Positions 1 through 10,167 of a DNA stretch of 64,000 nucleotides are shown in pieces. Position numbers and translations under genes: made by a program. Source of the DNA: an uncultured Bacteroidales bacterium. GTDB taxonomy: Bacteria; Bacteroidota; Bacteroidia; Bacteroidales; WCHB1-69. The DNA lies in assembly GCA_905233585.1 (NCBI GenBank), contig CAJOFD010000004.1, forward strand, positions 14,374 through 78,373. The letters run 5' to 3'. The notes under the pieces are model-generated. The model made no database searches, was not told the DNA's origin, and saw nothing but the letters and a program-made list of their open reading frames with translations. How positions within the stretch are numbered: the stretch's first letter is position 1; each line of letters starts with the position of its first letter.

Positions 1-1782
1 GGGTCAGAAAATCATGATTATTTAAATGCCCAATGGTTTCTTGATGGTATAGCCGCAGATAGCGGATATTGGTCGGAACCATATTTGGACAATGAAGGAG
101 CGGAGGGAATGATATGTTCCTATACATTACCGGTACATGATGCTGATGGCAAAACTATAGCCTTGATAGGAGTGGATATTTCGCTTAACTGGCTGGTAGA
201 TATGTTTATTACCAAAGATAATAACAAACAATCTTCTGTTTTGGTGAGTCGGAATGGATATATATTGGCGTGTCCTGATAAAACACTGGTGATGAAAACC
301 ACCATTAATGAAATAACAGACCAAATGAATGACACTACTGTAGATAGAATTACTAATTCTATGCTACAGGGTGATAGTGGACATGCTGAGGTGAGAAACG
401 ATAGAGGAGAAAAGAGTTATATTTATTATAGTCCTGTTGAAGGCGGAACAGGTTGGTCAATGGCTGTTGTATTTGCAGATAAAGAAATTTATCGCGGTTT
501 GCATACAGTGGCATTTCAATTGACATTATTAATGATTTTGGGGTTAGCGTTAATGAGTTTTATTATGTATCGTGCCGCACGCGGTTATATGCGTTTACAA
601 ACTATTAATGCAGAAAAAGAACGTATTGGTAGTGAACTTCGTATCGCTAGTAATATTCAAATGGGTATGCTTCCCAAAACTTTTCCGCCATATCCCGATA
701 GAGATGAAGTTTCAATGTTCGGCAGTCTTGTTTCAGCCAAAGAAGTTGGCGGCGACCTATATGACTTTTATATTCGTGATGAACAATTATTCTTTTGTAT
801 TGGAGATGTTAGCGGGAAAGGAGTCCCCGCCTCATTGGTAATGGCTGTAACTCGTAGCTTGTTCCGTATGGTGTCTGCACACGAATATGCTCCCGATAAG
901 ATGATAATGCAAATGAACAATGCCATGTCAGAAATGAATGAAAGTTCGATGTTTGTAACTCTTTTTGTAGGGGTGCTTAATCTTCGTAGCGGCTTGTTAA
1001 GATATTGTAATGCAGGTCACTGTCCTGTAGCATTGATGAATAAAACAGTAGAATTGTTACCCGTTGATGCCAATATACCTGTCGGGTTGATGCCTGATTG
1101 GAAGTATTCTATACAACAAACTTTTTTACAACCCAATGATACTATTTTCCTTTATACAGACGGACTTACAGAAGCGGAAAATCTAACCCATGAACTTTTT
1201 GGGGAGGCACGTATGATGAAAGTTCTTCAAACGGTATCACGTTCTCCACAAGAACTTATCGCCAATGTTACAGATGCTATACATGCTTTTGTAGGCAATG
1301 CAGAACAAAGTGATGATATTACTTTGCTTGCTATTCAATTTAATAAATATTTAAATGACACAACAAAAACAAACGATATTCAAACGCTTACTCTCCCCAA
1401 TAACGTGGAAACAGTGCCGCAATTGTCTTCTTTTATCGAAGATATGGCTGAAAAACATGGCGTGGATCCATCTGTTATCATGAATATCAATCTTGCCATA
1501 GAAGAAGTTGTTGTAAATGTGATGAATTATGCCTATCCTAAAGACATAGTGGGAGAAGTAAATATCACTGCCACTTATGAAAATAGAATGCTTATTTTTA
1601 CTATCAGAGATTCTGGTGTTCCTTTTGACCCGACTAGTGCGACTTCACCTGATATTGATTTGTCTGTAGATGAACGCCCAATTGGTGGTTTGGGAATTTT
1701 TCTTGTCCGACAAATTATGGATGAAATAAGTTATTCTTATGAAAATAATCAAAATGTTTTGACCTTAAAGAAGAAAATATAA
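1..1782 (+). CDS. Sensor phosphatase/kinase fusion: Cache-like extracytoplasmic domain (5' end cut by window) - TM - PP2C/SpoIIE phosphatase - RsbW/SpoIIAB-like HATPase
   Basis: Frame 1 is open from nt 1 (GSENHDYLNAQWFLDG...), so the TTG at 85 is not the real start. TM segment LTLLMILGLALMSFIMY. PP2C motifs GGDLYDF, GDVSGKGVPASL, YTDGLTEA, SDDITLL. C-terminal kinase-like N/G boxes EEVVVNVMNYAY, RDSGVPFDP, GGLGIFLVRQ. Confidence 0.8.
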   Translation, partial: GSENHDYLNAQWFLDGIAADSGYWSEPYLDNEGAEGMICSYTLPVHDADGKTIALIGVDISLNWLVDMFITKDNNKQSSVLVSRNGYILACPDKTLVMKTTINEITDQMNDTTVDRITNSMLQGDSGHAEVRNDRGEKSYIYYSPVEGGTGWSMAVVFADKEIYRGLHTVAFQLTLLMILGLALMSFIMYRAARGYMRLQTINAEKERIGSELRIASNIQMGMLPKTFPPYPDRDEVSMFGSLVSAKEVGGDLYDFYIRDEQLFFCIGDVSGKGVPASLVMAVTRSLFRMVSAHEYAPDKMIMQMNNAMSEMNESSMFVTLFVGVLNLRSGLLRYCNAGHCPVALMNKTVELLPVDANIPVGLMPDWKYSIQQTFLQPNDTIFLYTDGLTEAENLTHELFGEARMMKVLQTVSRSPQELIANVTDAIHAFVGNAEQSDDITLLAIQFNKYLNDTTKTNDIQTLTLPNNVETVPQLSSFIEDMAEKHGVDPSVIMNINLAIEEVVVNVMNYAYPKDIVGEVNITATYENRMLIFTIRDSGVPFDPTSATSPDIDLSVDERPIGGLGIFLVRQIMDEISYSYENNQNVLTLKKKI

Positions 1783-1788
1783 TAAAAT

Positions 1789-2091
1789 ATGAATACTATA
1801 ATTAAAGAACAAAATGGCGAACTTATCGCCATATTCGATGGCCGTCTTGATACAGCAGCGGCTGTACAAACCGAAAAAGATTTGGCTCCTCTTGCTAATT
1901 GTGCTGGCAAAAATATAGTTTTGGATTGCAATGCTTTGGATTATATCTCATCAAGTGGATTACGCCTTTTCCTGACTATACTAAAAAATGCTAAAGTCCA
2001 AGGTAGTAAGGTGTTTATTGCAGGTATGAACAATGATATTCGCAATGTGTTTTCAATGACGGGATTTACCCAATTGTTTGAATTCCGTTAG
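1789..2091 (+). CDS. STAS-domain anti-sigma-factor antagonist (RsbV/SpoIIAA-like)
   Basis: 100 aa, starting 6 nt after the phosphatase/kinase gene. Typical STAS pattern: LDCNALDYISSSGLRLFL with the conserved phosphorylatable Ser context, then GMNNDIRNVFSMTGF. Confidence 0.85.
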   Translation: MNTIIKEQNGELIAIFDGRLDTAAAVQTEKDLAPLANCAGKNIVLDCNALDYISSSGLRLFLTILKNAKVQGSKVFIAGMNNDIRNVFSMTGFTQLFEFR

Positions 2092-2120
2092 AATTATTCA
2101 AAAATAACTGATTTCAAAAT

Positions 2121-2144
2121 AAGTGTTTTTCGAAAAAAACACTT
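2121..2144. terminator. Bidirectional hairpin between convergent genes
   Basis: AAGTGTTTTT-cgaa-AAAAACACTT is a 10-bp perfect stem. It lies between the STAS stop (2091) and the stop of the minus-strand membrane protein (2147). Confidence 0.55.
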
Positions 2145-2146
2145 GT

Positions 2147-3448
2147 TTATTGCTTGTTATTTTGTGTGTGCGATAAAATCGGGCGGAACGAGTTTTGTGT
2201 GTTGAGTGATAAATAAAATAAGAAAGGAAGACAAACGGATTTATAGCGACATAAGGCTCCAACGTTTGGCGTACAAAGCCCTATTAAAATAAATGATAAT
2301 AGACAAAATAAGAGCAAAAACAACGAATCGTTATCAATTTTTCTTTTAAACAAACGAATACACAGATTTATCGATAACCCGATAAACAATAAAGTTTCCA
2401 TGCCCGCAAAAAAATGATATATATCTGTTGTTTGTATGGCAGGATAATAAATAACATTAAATAAAGCGATGGGAATTGCATTAAAAATTGACAAAAAACT
2501 ATCTTCTAGAAACGGCAGATATATATCTGTTTGCCCGTCAGGGTGCAAATGTTGTTCCAATCCGATAAAGCAGTTGTTTTGATATTGAATGGCATACCAT
2601 ATATCAAAATAGGAGTCGTAGGCAAAAAATCGTACCACGACTGAAATAATAAACAGAATAAATAATCCGCAACCATATTTTATCAGCCATTTGTTGTTGT
2701 TATAGTAACAAAAGATATAAATGAACATCAGGGGTATAAATATAATTGCCAAATGTAATTTTGAATACATCATACCCGCTAAAGATAAACAAAGTATTAC
2801 AATGTATTTGATACCCCATTTTTGATAAATACATTGGTGTAAAACAAACAATGTTAAAGATATAAAAAAGAAAAATAATACTTCTTTGGAAATGCCAGAT
2901 GCCCAAAATATGGTAGAAGGTATCATAAAACAGGCAATAATAGATATTACTTGGTTTTTCTTGTCTTGTGGAGCAAAATATTTATATAGAAATACGCTGC
3001 CGCAAAAAGCAAAAAACGCATATATTAACAATAGTACCAGGTAATATGGTCCGCTAAAAAACATCAACAAAGCGGTAAGATGTACAACAAAACGGCTTTC
3101 GTGTGTGTAGTCTGTGCCATAGGGTATCTCATCTTCGGGAATAATACCGAAAATTCCAGAAGATTGAGTTTGGCGTCCGAAGGATACATTGCTGATAATA
3201 TTAAAAAATTGTCGTGGATTATCAAAACTTTTTTGATACAAAGTTTTGGCCTGGGTGAAAAATCTTTGGGTGTCTGAAGGTCGGTCAGCGTTTTTATAAT
3301 ATGCAAAATAGAATCCACTGAAAAGTATTTTTATAACAAAAAGTCCAATGAGAATTTTTTTGCTCATTTGTGTGGATTGGAAAAATTTTCCATTGACAAT
3401 AATTGCTATAAAAACAATAAAATATATAGAAAAGATAAGGTATTCCAA
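2147..3448 (-). CDS. Polytopic integral membrane protein, function unknown
   Basis: 433-aa ORF with more than 10 hydrophobic segments. It resembles large glycosyltransferase or polymerase-type membrane proteins, but I recognise no diagnostic motif. Confidence 0.6.
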   Translation of the reverse strand: MEYLIFSIYFIVFIAIIVNGKFFQSTQMSKKILIGLFVIKILFSGFYFAYYKNADRPSDTQRFFTQAKTLYQKSFDNPRQFFNIISNVSFGRQTQSSGIFGIIPEDEIPYGTDYTHESRFVVHLTALLMFFSGPYYLVLLLIYAFFAFCGSVFLYKYFAPQDKKNQVISIIACFMIPSTIFWASGISKEVLFFFFISLTLFVLHQCIYQKWGIKYIVILCLSLAGMMYSKLHLAIIFIPLMFIYIFCYYNNNKWLIKYGCGLFILFIISVVVRFFAYDSYFDIWYAIQYQNNCFIGLEQHLHPDGQTDIYLPFLEDSFLSIFNAIPIALFNVIYYPAIQTTDIYHFFAGMETLLFIGLSINLCIRLFKRKIDNDSLFLLLFCLLSFILIGLCTPNVGALCRYKSVCLPFLFYLSLNTQNSFRPILSHTQNNKQ

Positions 3449-3510
3449 AATGATATTATTTATGAAATTTTAAAATAATCTTTCTTTTTAGGATTCAATG
3501 GCAATTGGTT

Positions 3511-4509
3511 TTATGCGGTTAAATCTTCGTCTGAAGTATTATCATCTGTGGTGTTTTCGTTTTCTATTTTTATAATAGGCATTTCAAAGAAAAGCATGGC
3601 TTTGTTAAGCACATTTTGTGGTGAATTGTATGGAACAAACAATGGATCTTTGTCTTTTTGTAAGATAATAAATCCCTTGTCGGCTGTAGAAATAAAATTA
3701 GATATATCCACAATGTCCACTTCTTCGCCTTGATAATTGTAGATAGATATTTTATCAAAATCAGAATAAACTTCTTTGAATAAAATATTCAAAGACTCTA
3801 TGTTTTCTTGAATAGTAATGGCATTCCATATCCATTGGTCATCTAAAGGATTTAACAATTTTTCTTTGTCGGCAAACATTACAATTGCCTTGTAATCAAC
3901 ATTAAAAATATTTTTTTCTACATAAACAAAAGTTCCATCATCGGTTATATAATATTCATCTTCAGCTTTTTTAGAATAACTTTTGCCCGATTCGTAACCT
4001 TCATCTGATAAAGAATAGAGTTTGTCATATTTTTTTGTGATAATAATGCGATATTCTTCATCAATTTGTGTTTGCCAATATTCACTTTCTACATATTTTG
4101 TTTTTTCTGTTCCAACATTGCAGGCAATAGGAATTGCATCAATGAAAGTGCCATTTTCATCAATAGTTGCCAACAATTTAATGTATTGTTCGCCCTCGTT
4201 GGCAATTATCCAGATGTCAAAATTAGGCGAAAAACTTTCTATTTTGCTTTCTACAATCCAATTCTCTCTAATGTTAATTTTTGTGAAGAAACTTTTTTCA
4301 ACTTTTTTCAATTGTTTGATAATAAAACTGCTTTGACTGTCGTCTAAAACTTGTGTGTTCTCGTTTTGATTTGTTTCACAAGTGATAGTGGTCGGGAGTT
4401 GTTGTTCATTTAGTATGATTTCCGCAACCTCATTGTCTGAAGAATGACAAGCAACTAACAATAACATTATCAAACTTAAAAATAATATTCGTTTTTTCAT
4501 TTTATCCAT
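3511..4509 (-). CDS. Hypothetical lipoprotein
   Basis: Signal peptide with lipobox LLLVAC. Acidic C-terminal tail. A TATCTTTG -7 box lies on the minus strand just upstream (about 4520-4535). Confidence 0.6.
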   Translation of the reverse strand: MDKMKKRILFLSLIMLLLVACHSSDNEVAEIILNEQQLPTTITCETNQNENTQVLDDSQSSFIIKQLKKVEKSFFTKINIRENWIVESKIESFSPNFDIWIIANEGEQYIKLLATIDENGTFIDAIPIACNVGTEKTKYVESEYWQTQIDEEYRIIITKKYDKLYSLSDEGYESGKSYSKKAEDEYYITDDGTFVYVEKNIFNVDYKAIVMFADKEKLLNPLDDQWIWNAITIQENIESLNILFKEVYSDFDKISIYNYQGEEVDIVDISNFISTADKGFIILQKDKDPLFVPYNSPQNVLNKAMLFFEMPIIKIENENTTDDNTSDEDLTA

Positions 4510-4605
4510 TTTTTAGAATCGTGCAAAGATATAAAAAAAAAGAATGGGAGAATACGAAGTACAATAAATCAATATATTTTACGTATTAATATAATAAGCA
4601 GTTGT

Positions 4606-7059
4606 ATGAGTAAAAAAATCATATTTATTATTTATATATGTTTGTGCTTTCCGATATTAAAAGGTCAGAATTTGGCAAAAATATATGGAATTGTAACAGA
4701 TATTACAGGTTTACCCATTGAAAATGCCACTGTTGTATTGAAAAACAATGCTACATTAGGGACCTCAACCAACCAAAACGGACGTTTCGATTTGCTTATT
4801 CCTCACGACAAAGATTTGGTTATAGAAATATCTTGTGTGGGGTACCAATCAGTAGAACAGACTATTAATGTGCCTAAAGGCAAGCGTAAAGAATTTAATT
4901 TTCAACTGAAAGAATCCGTTACTCATATTCGTGCATTTACCCTTGATGAACGATATGTAATAGACAATGAAGACCTAAAACCAATCAATCCCAAGGTGCT
5001 GACACATATTCCCGGTGTGAATGTGGGGGTAGAAAGTTTGGTTAAATCGGCTGGTTTAGGTGTTTTTGCAAATAATGAATTGACTTCGCAATACAATGTA
5101 AGAGGGGGAAATTATGATGAAAATCTGATATATTTAAATGATATAGAAGTATTCCGTCCTTTTTTGATTCGGTCTGGCAATCAAGAGGGTTTGAGTTTTA
5201 TTAACCCGGATTTGGTTTCAGCGGTGCATTTTTCTTCTGGAGGTTTCGATGCGTGCTATGGCGATAAAATGTCTTCGGTGCTGAATGTAAAATACAAAAC
5301 TCCGACACGTTGGGCTGGTAGTTTATCTGGTAGTTTGCGTGGTGCAAGCGGACATTTGGAAGGGGTATCCAAAGATAAAAAACTATCGTTTCTATTAGGG
5401 GTTCGTTATCAATCGAATGCTTCTGTGTTCAAAAAAACACAAGATTCGGGTTATTATCGTCCCAATTTCTGGGACGGGCAATTTCTTTTGAATTATACGC
5501 CCAATAAAAAATGGACACTTTCGCTATTCGGCAATTATGCAAATAATATTTACAAGTTCCGTCCTGCAAGCAGAAATACGATAATGGGGGCGATGAACAA
5601 TGCCAAAAGTTTGACCATTTATTTTGAAGGACAAGAAGTTGATGCCTATCAAACCGTATATGCTTCTTTATTGACAAAATACCAAGCAGATTCCAACCAT
5701 ACTTTCTCTTTTAGTGCAGCCTATTTTAACTCAATTGAAAAAGAAACTTTTGATATTTTGAGCGAATATTATCTGTCTGATGTGAATAGTTCTTTCGGAA
5801 GCAATGAGTTTGGGGAACGGTACAATTCGCGTTCGGTGGGTTCAGATTTGCATCATGGTCGTAATTTTTTGGTTTCTAATATTTTCTATGGAGGCTTCAA
5901 TGGAGAACATCGTTTGCCTAAACGGAACACATTGTCTTGGGGACTGAAATTGCAAGGAGAGTTTATTGCTGATAAATTAACGGAATGGCGTGCAATAGAT
6001 TCTTCTGGATACACGCTACCGTTTCACCCGAATACTCCAGGCGATTCTGTTGCTATAGACGATTCACTTAGATTATTCGCTCTTGATGATAATATGCTAA
6101 AAGTAAATAATACCTTGGCAACCTTTCGTTTAACTGGTTTTGTAATGGACAAATGGCAGTTTGGAAACGACAAGCATCTTTTTACTTTGGTAGGAGGCAT
6201 ACGATTCGGTTTTTGGTCGTTCAACAAAGAGTTTTTGTTTTGTCCACGGTTACGCTTGGTATATATACCCCAACATCTAAAACATGATATTTCGTTTTAC
6301 CTGGCCACGGGTATGTACGCACAACCTCCTGTCTATAAGGAAATGAGACAAAAAGACGGTACTTTGAATAATCGTATTAAATCGCAATTGTCCTATCATT
6401 TTATTACGGGATTAAATTTGGCATTTGAAATAGCCCGCCGTCCATTTCAATTTTCTGTGGAGGTTTATTACAAGTATCTGGATAATATAATCACATATAG
6501 TGTTGATAACGTTAGGATTACTTATTCCGGTAGAAACGATGCTGTAGGTTATGCTGTGGGAATAGATGCTAAATTGAGTGGCGAAATTGTCCATAATTTG
6601 GAATCTTGGTTGGCCGTTTCCTTAATGAAAAGCATGGAAAGTATTGACCATGATATTTATACTCCTAGACCCACAGATCAACGATTTAGTGTCAATTTGT
6701 TTTTCCAAGACAGAATTCCTCGCTTACCGATGATAAAAGCACATCTCAATTTGGTATATGCAACGCCTTTGCCTTATAGTTTTAAAGACAAAAGGGTATA
6801 TGACAGACGTTCAAAAGCATATTTCCGTACAGATTTGGGAATTTCTTGGCAATTTTTAAATCAGGCAACGCATGTAGGCAAAAAAAATCCCTTCAAATTT
6901 ATCAATGCCGCTTTTTTGTCGTTTGAAATTACCAATCTCTTCAATTATTATAATATATTGTCTTATCTTTGGGTATCGGATATTGACAATCAATATTATG
7001 CAATACCTAATTATATGTTGCCCAGAATGTTTAATGTCAAATTGCGTTTTGAATTTTAA
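4606..7059 (+). CDS. TonB-dependent outer-membrane receptor with N-terminal carboxypeptidase-regulatory-like domain
   Basis: 817 aa. N-terminus is IYGIVTDITGLPIENATVVLKNN...GRFDL (CarboxypepD_reg fold). A plug-like region follows. The C-terminal beta-barrel ends in an aromatic residue (...KLRFEF). Confidence 0.8.
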   Translation: MSKKIIFIIYICLCFPILKGQNLAKIYGIVTDITGLPIENATVVLKNNATLGTSTNQNGRFDLLIPHDKDLVIEISCVGYQSVEQTINVPKGKRKEFNFQLKESVTHIRAFTLDERYVIDNEDLKPINPKVLTHIPGVNVGVESLVKSAGLGVFANNELTSQYNVRGGNYDENLIYLNDIEVFRPFLIRSGNQEGLSFINPDLVSAVHFSSGGFDACYGDKMSSVLNVKYKTPTRWAGSLSGSLRGASGHLEGVSKDKKLSFLLGVRYQSNASVFKKTQDSGYYRPNFWDGQFLLNYTPNKKWTLSLFGNYANNIYKFRPASRNTIMGAMNNAKSLTIYFEGQEVDAYQTVYASLLTKYQADSNHTFSFSAAYFNSIEKETFDILSEYYLSDVNSSFGSNEFGERYNSRSVGSDLHHGRNFLVSNIFYGGFNGEHRLPKRNTLSWGLKLQGEFIADKLTEWRAIDSSGYTLPFHPNTPGDSVAIDDSLRLFALDDNMLKVNNTLATFRLTGFVMDKWQFGNDKHLFTLVGGIRFGFWSFNKEFLFCPRLRLVYIPQHLKHDISFYLATGMYAQPPVYKEMRQKDGTLNNRIKSQLSYHFITGLNLAFEIARRPFQFSVEVYYKYLDNIITYSVDNVRITYSGRNDAVGYAVGIDAKLSGEIVHNLESWLAVSLMKSMESIDHDIYTPRPTDQRFSVNLFFQDRIPRLPMIKAHLNLVYATPLPYSFKDKRVYDRRSKAYFRTDLGISWQFLNQATHVGKKNPFKFINAAFLSFEITNLFNYYNILSYLWVSDIDNQYYAIPNYMLPRMFNVKLRFEF

Positions 7060-7120
7060 TATAAAATAAAATTTTCAAAAAAAATTAGGTCAAAATATTC
7101 AATAGTATTTTTTTTTGTTA

Positions 7121-7128
7121 TACTTTTG
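7121..7128 (+). promoter_or_regulatory. Bacteroidota -7 box TACTTTTG
   Basis: Matches TAnnTTTG about 65 nt upstream of the ATG at 7193. Confidence 0.5.
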
Positions 7129-7192
7129 CACCAAAATTTGAATAATCTTAAAAAATAATAAAATTTAGTACTAATTTAAAATTTATCAAAAA

Positions 7193-7846
7193 ATGAAAAA
7201 ATTATTTTTATCAACAATCGCGTTAGCAATGGTTTTTGCTTTTACAAGTTGTAAGGACGATGTAACCCCTCCTGAAATTACCTTACCTACAGATGCTTCT
7301 GTTCCTGTATTCCAATTGGGAGACAAAACCGCTGCTCTTAATGGTGTTACTGCAAAAGATAAAAAAGACGGGGATGTTACCTCAAATCTTGGTGTAGAAG
7401 GTTTGGAATATGTTGATTCTGCAGCTACTTTGATTTATAGCGTAAGTGATGAAGCCGCTAATATGGCTGTTGCAAACAGAACAGCAACTATCTCTGCTGA
7501 AAAATTATTCGGCAACTATGGTGTAAGTGAAATTGTAGTAGGTGGAAGTGGTAATCCTGACACTTATAACGTAACAGTTGGAGCTTCTCAAGTAAAAGGT
7601 AAAGCCGCTTTGATTATAGATAATTTCTATGAATCATGGCAAGCAACCTTTGTAGGAAAAGCAGGTGAAGCCACTTTAGAGATGATACCTTTTACTGTAA
7701 CTAGTGACGGTGGTGCTACAGCAACCGTATCTGGTCAATGTACTTATAGCAACAATGGAACTTATACTTTGGTAAAAGCTACATGGAAACTTGCTGAAGC
7801 AAATAAACCAGACATTGAAATGGAAGCAACTTACACAGTAAGATAA
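7193..7846 (+). CDS. Lipoprotein with Ig-like (DUF5011/HYR-like) domain
   Basis: Lipobox AFTSC. The motif GVTAKDKKDGDVTSNL...LIYSVSDEAANMA is typical of bacterial Ig-like surface domains. Confidence 0.6.
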   Translation: MKKLFLSTIALAMVFAFTSCKDDVTPPEITLPTDASVPVFQLGDKTAALNGVTAKDKKDGDVTSNLGVEGLEYVDSAATLIYSVSDEAANMAVANRTATISAEKLFGNYGVSEIVVGGSGNPDTYNVTVGASQVKGKAALIIDNFYESWQATFVGKAGEATLEMIPFTVTSDGGATATVSGQCTYSNNGTYTLVKATWKLAEANKPDIEMEATYTVR

Positions 7847-7868
7847 AAATAGTCAAAAAGTAAAAAAA

Positions 7869-7896
7869 AGGTCGTTCATTTGAACGACCTTTTTTT
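7869..7896 (+). terminator. Rho-independent terminator
   Basis: AGGTCGTTCA-tt-TGAACGACCT followed by TTTTTT. Confidence 0.8.
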
Positions 7897-7897
7897 G

Positions 7898-7968
7898 TTG
7901 TCCTACTAGGATTCGAACCCAGACAAACAGAACCAGAATCTGCTGTGCTACCATTACACAATAGGACA
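7898..7968 (-). tRNA. tRNA-Gln (anticodon CTG)
   Basis: Reverse complement TGTCCTATTGTGTAATGGTAGCACAGCAGATTCTGGTTCTGTTTGTCTGGGTTCGAATCCTAGTAGGACA folds as a cloverleaf. Acceptor TGTCCTA/TAGGACA, anticodon loop TTCTGGT, T-loop TTCGAAT. Confidence 0.85.
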
Positions 7969-8031
7969 GAATTGAGTTGCAAAAGTACAAAAAAATAATA
8001 TACAAATTCCATTTTTTTTATTTTTTATTTA

Positions 8032-8039
8032 TATCTTTG
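8032..8039 (+). promoter_or_regulatory. Bacteroidota -7 box TATCTTTG
   Basis: TAnnTTTG 19 nt upstream of the ATG at 8058. Confidence 0.5.
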
Positions 8040-8057
8040 TAAAAAAACATTTTATCA

Positions 8058-9272
8058 ATGAAAAATATCTTGATTTTTGTCTTATGTTTGTTTCTGTGTG
8101 GGTCATTAAATGCACAAATTTATGGCTGTACCGATATTCGGGCAAATAATTTTAATCCGCAAGCCCGTATTAACAATGGCACTTGTACATACGATGCTAC
8201 AACTGTTACACCCTTTTATACCTGTAACTTGCCTGTACAATTGAATGGCACATCTGGACTTGTCTTTTTTGACAATAAATTGTTCTCACACAATGACCAT
8301 TACGATAAAACTTTGTATCAAATATCCACCGATAGCGGACAAATTGTTGATAGTATATTGCTTGAGAATGTAGTTTATCAAGATGTGGAAGATATGGACC
8401 AAGATAGCCTGTATCTTTATTTGGGCGATTTGGGAAATAATGGTACTGGAAATAGAAACAACTTGCATATTCTTCGTATATCGAAAAGTTCTATGTTCAC
8501 GGGAAATATAGAAATAGATACAATTTGGTTTTCGTATGCAGACCAAGATGATTTCTCTGCAACCAACAGCAATGCCACTGATTTTGATTGTGAAGCCTTT
8601 GTAGTTGCAGGTGATAGTATCTATTTGTTTACCAAACAATGGAATACCTATGGCACTTCTTTGTATGTTTTACCCAAATTTCCTGGTCGTCATCAAGCAC
8701 AGTTTATTACCCATTATCATGTGGAAGGTTTGATAACATCAGCAAATTATAATGCTGAAACCAAACAAATTGTCCTATGTGGGTATTCCTCACTATTACA
8801 ACCTTTTTTACTCTTGCTCTATGATTATCAAGACAATGATTTTTTTTCAGGCAACAAACGAAAAATAAATCTGAATTTGCCTTTTCATCAAGTGGAGGCT
8901 ATTGCAGGTTTGGGCAATTATCAATATTATTTGACCAATGAATATATTTCACGTTATGAAGTTACTATTCCAGCCAAATTTCATAAAATTGACTTGTCAG
9001 AATTTTTATCTCCTGAAACTGTAAATGTTTTGGACAAAGACAAAAATACGGGTCATTTCCTTATTTATCCTAATCCGGCCAAAACAAACCTGTTTTTAGA
9101 TGGAGAAATAGAATTTAGTGATATTTATGTTTATGATAATTGTGGTAAATTGGTGAAAACAAGCAATAATTGTCAACAAATTGCCCTTGACAATTTGGTC
9201 TCAGGACATTACTGGTTAAATATATGCCATAAAAATAAGATTATATCAATCAAACATTTTATTAAAGAATAG
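8058..9272 (+). CDS. Secreted protein with T9SS type-A C-terminal sorting domain
   Basis: Signal peptide ending LNAQ. The C-terminal ~75 aa (LIYPNPAKTNLFLDG...IYVYDNCGKLV...SGHYWLNI) match the Por/T9SS CTD pattern. Confidence 0.7.
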   Translation: MKNILIFVLCLFLCGSLNAQIYGCTDIRANNFNPQARINNGTCTYDATTVTPFYTCNLPVQLNGTSGLVFFDNKLFSHNDHYDKTLYQISTDSGQIVDSILLENVVYQDVEDMDQDSLYLYLGDLGNNGTGNRNNLHILRISKSSMFTGNIEIDTIWFSYADQDDFSATNSNATDFDCEAFVVAGDSIYLFTKQWNTYGTSLYVLPKFPGRHQAQFITHYHVEGLITSANYNAETKQIVLCGYSSLLQPFLLLLYDYQDNDFFSGNKRKINLNLPFHQVEAIAGLGNYQYYLTNEYISRYEVTIPAKFHKIDLSEFLSPETVNVLDKDKNTGHFLIYPNPAKTNLFLDGEIEFSDIYVYDNCGKLVKTSNNCQQIALDNLVSGHYWLNICHKNKIISIKHFIKE

Positions 9273-9472
9273 TTGGAAAAGAAGATTTTTTTTGATAATC
9301 TTTAGCTTTAAGATATTTGATATATGATTGAAAATGATGTGTGTATGTTCTTTTTATAGAGAAATAAATAAGATAAAGTTGATTTTTTCGGCATAGTTGT
9401 CAATAAAATATGAAATCTTATTAGATTTTTTTGTATTTTTGCAAATTAAATTTTTAGGAAAAATTGAGTGAA

Positions 9473-10156
9473 ATGAATAAAGAAGTAAACAAACAGAGTG
9501 AGTTGCAGCAAAACGAAAATTTTTTGGTAAGAATTATCAATGCTTATCGTACAAATGAAAAGGTTGTCAATATCACAACAGGTGCAGTATTGGTGCTGGT
9601 TGTGGTAATATTGGGCTATTTTTTATGGTGGAGTCCCAAGAGACAAGCCAAAGCAGAACTTGCTATTTATAAGGCAGAACAATATTTTGCCATAGATTCA
9701 ACAGCGTTGGCTCTAAATGGAGATGGTAGTTGTGTGGGCTTGATAGATGTTATTAAGCAATATCCTTGTACTAAAACAGCCAAAAGAGCACGTTTTATGG
9801 CAGGTGCATGTTATCTGAAACAAGGTCAATATGATGAAGCAATTTCTTATTTGAAAAAATTTAGTTCAAAAGATAAAATACTTCCGGGACAAGCTTTGTG
9901 TATGATAGGCGATGCCTATATGGAAAAGAATGATATTAGTCAAGCGGCTAAATATTATCATAAAGCAAGCAAAAAAAATCCTAACGATTTATTGACTTCT
10001 TTGTATTTGTATCGTTATGCTTTGGCTTGTGAAATGCAAGGCAATTGGAAAGATGCTATCGTTGCATATGAACAAATTCAAAAAGAGTATCCTCAATCAT
10101 ACGAGGCAACCTCTTTGGTTGAAAAACGCATAGAATACGCCAAAACACAAAAATAA
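9473..10156 (+). CDS. Tetratricopeptide-repeat membrane-anchored protein (YfgM-like)
   Basis: One N-terminal TM segment (TGAVLVLVVVILGYFLWW), then TPR-like AxxYxxxGxYxxA repeats. The ATG at 9473 is preferred over the TTG at 9464. Confidence 0.7.
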   Translation: MNKEVNKQSELQQNENFLVRIINAYRTNEKVVNITTGAVLVLVVVILGYFLWWSPKRQAKAELAIYKAEQYFAIDSTALALNGDGSCVGLIDVIKQYPCTKTAKRARFMAGACYLKQGQYDEAISYLKKFSSKDKILPGQALCMIGDAYMEKNDISQAAKYYHKASKKNPNDLLTSLYLYRYALACEMQGNWKDAIVAYEQIQKEYPQSYEATSLVEKRIEYAKTQK

Positions 10157-10167
10157 AGTTTGTTTTT

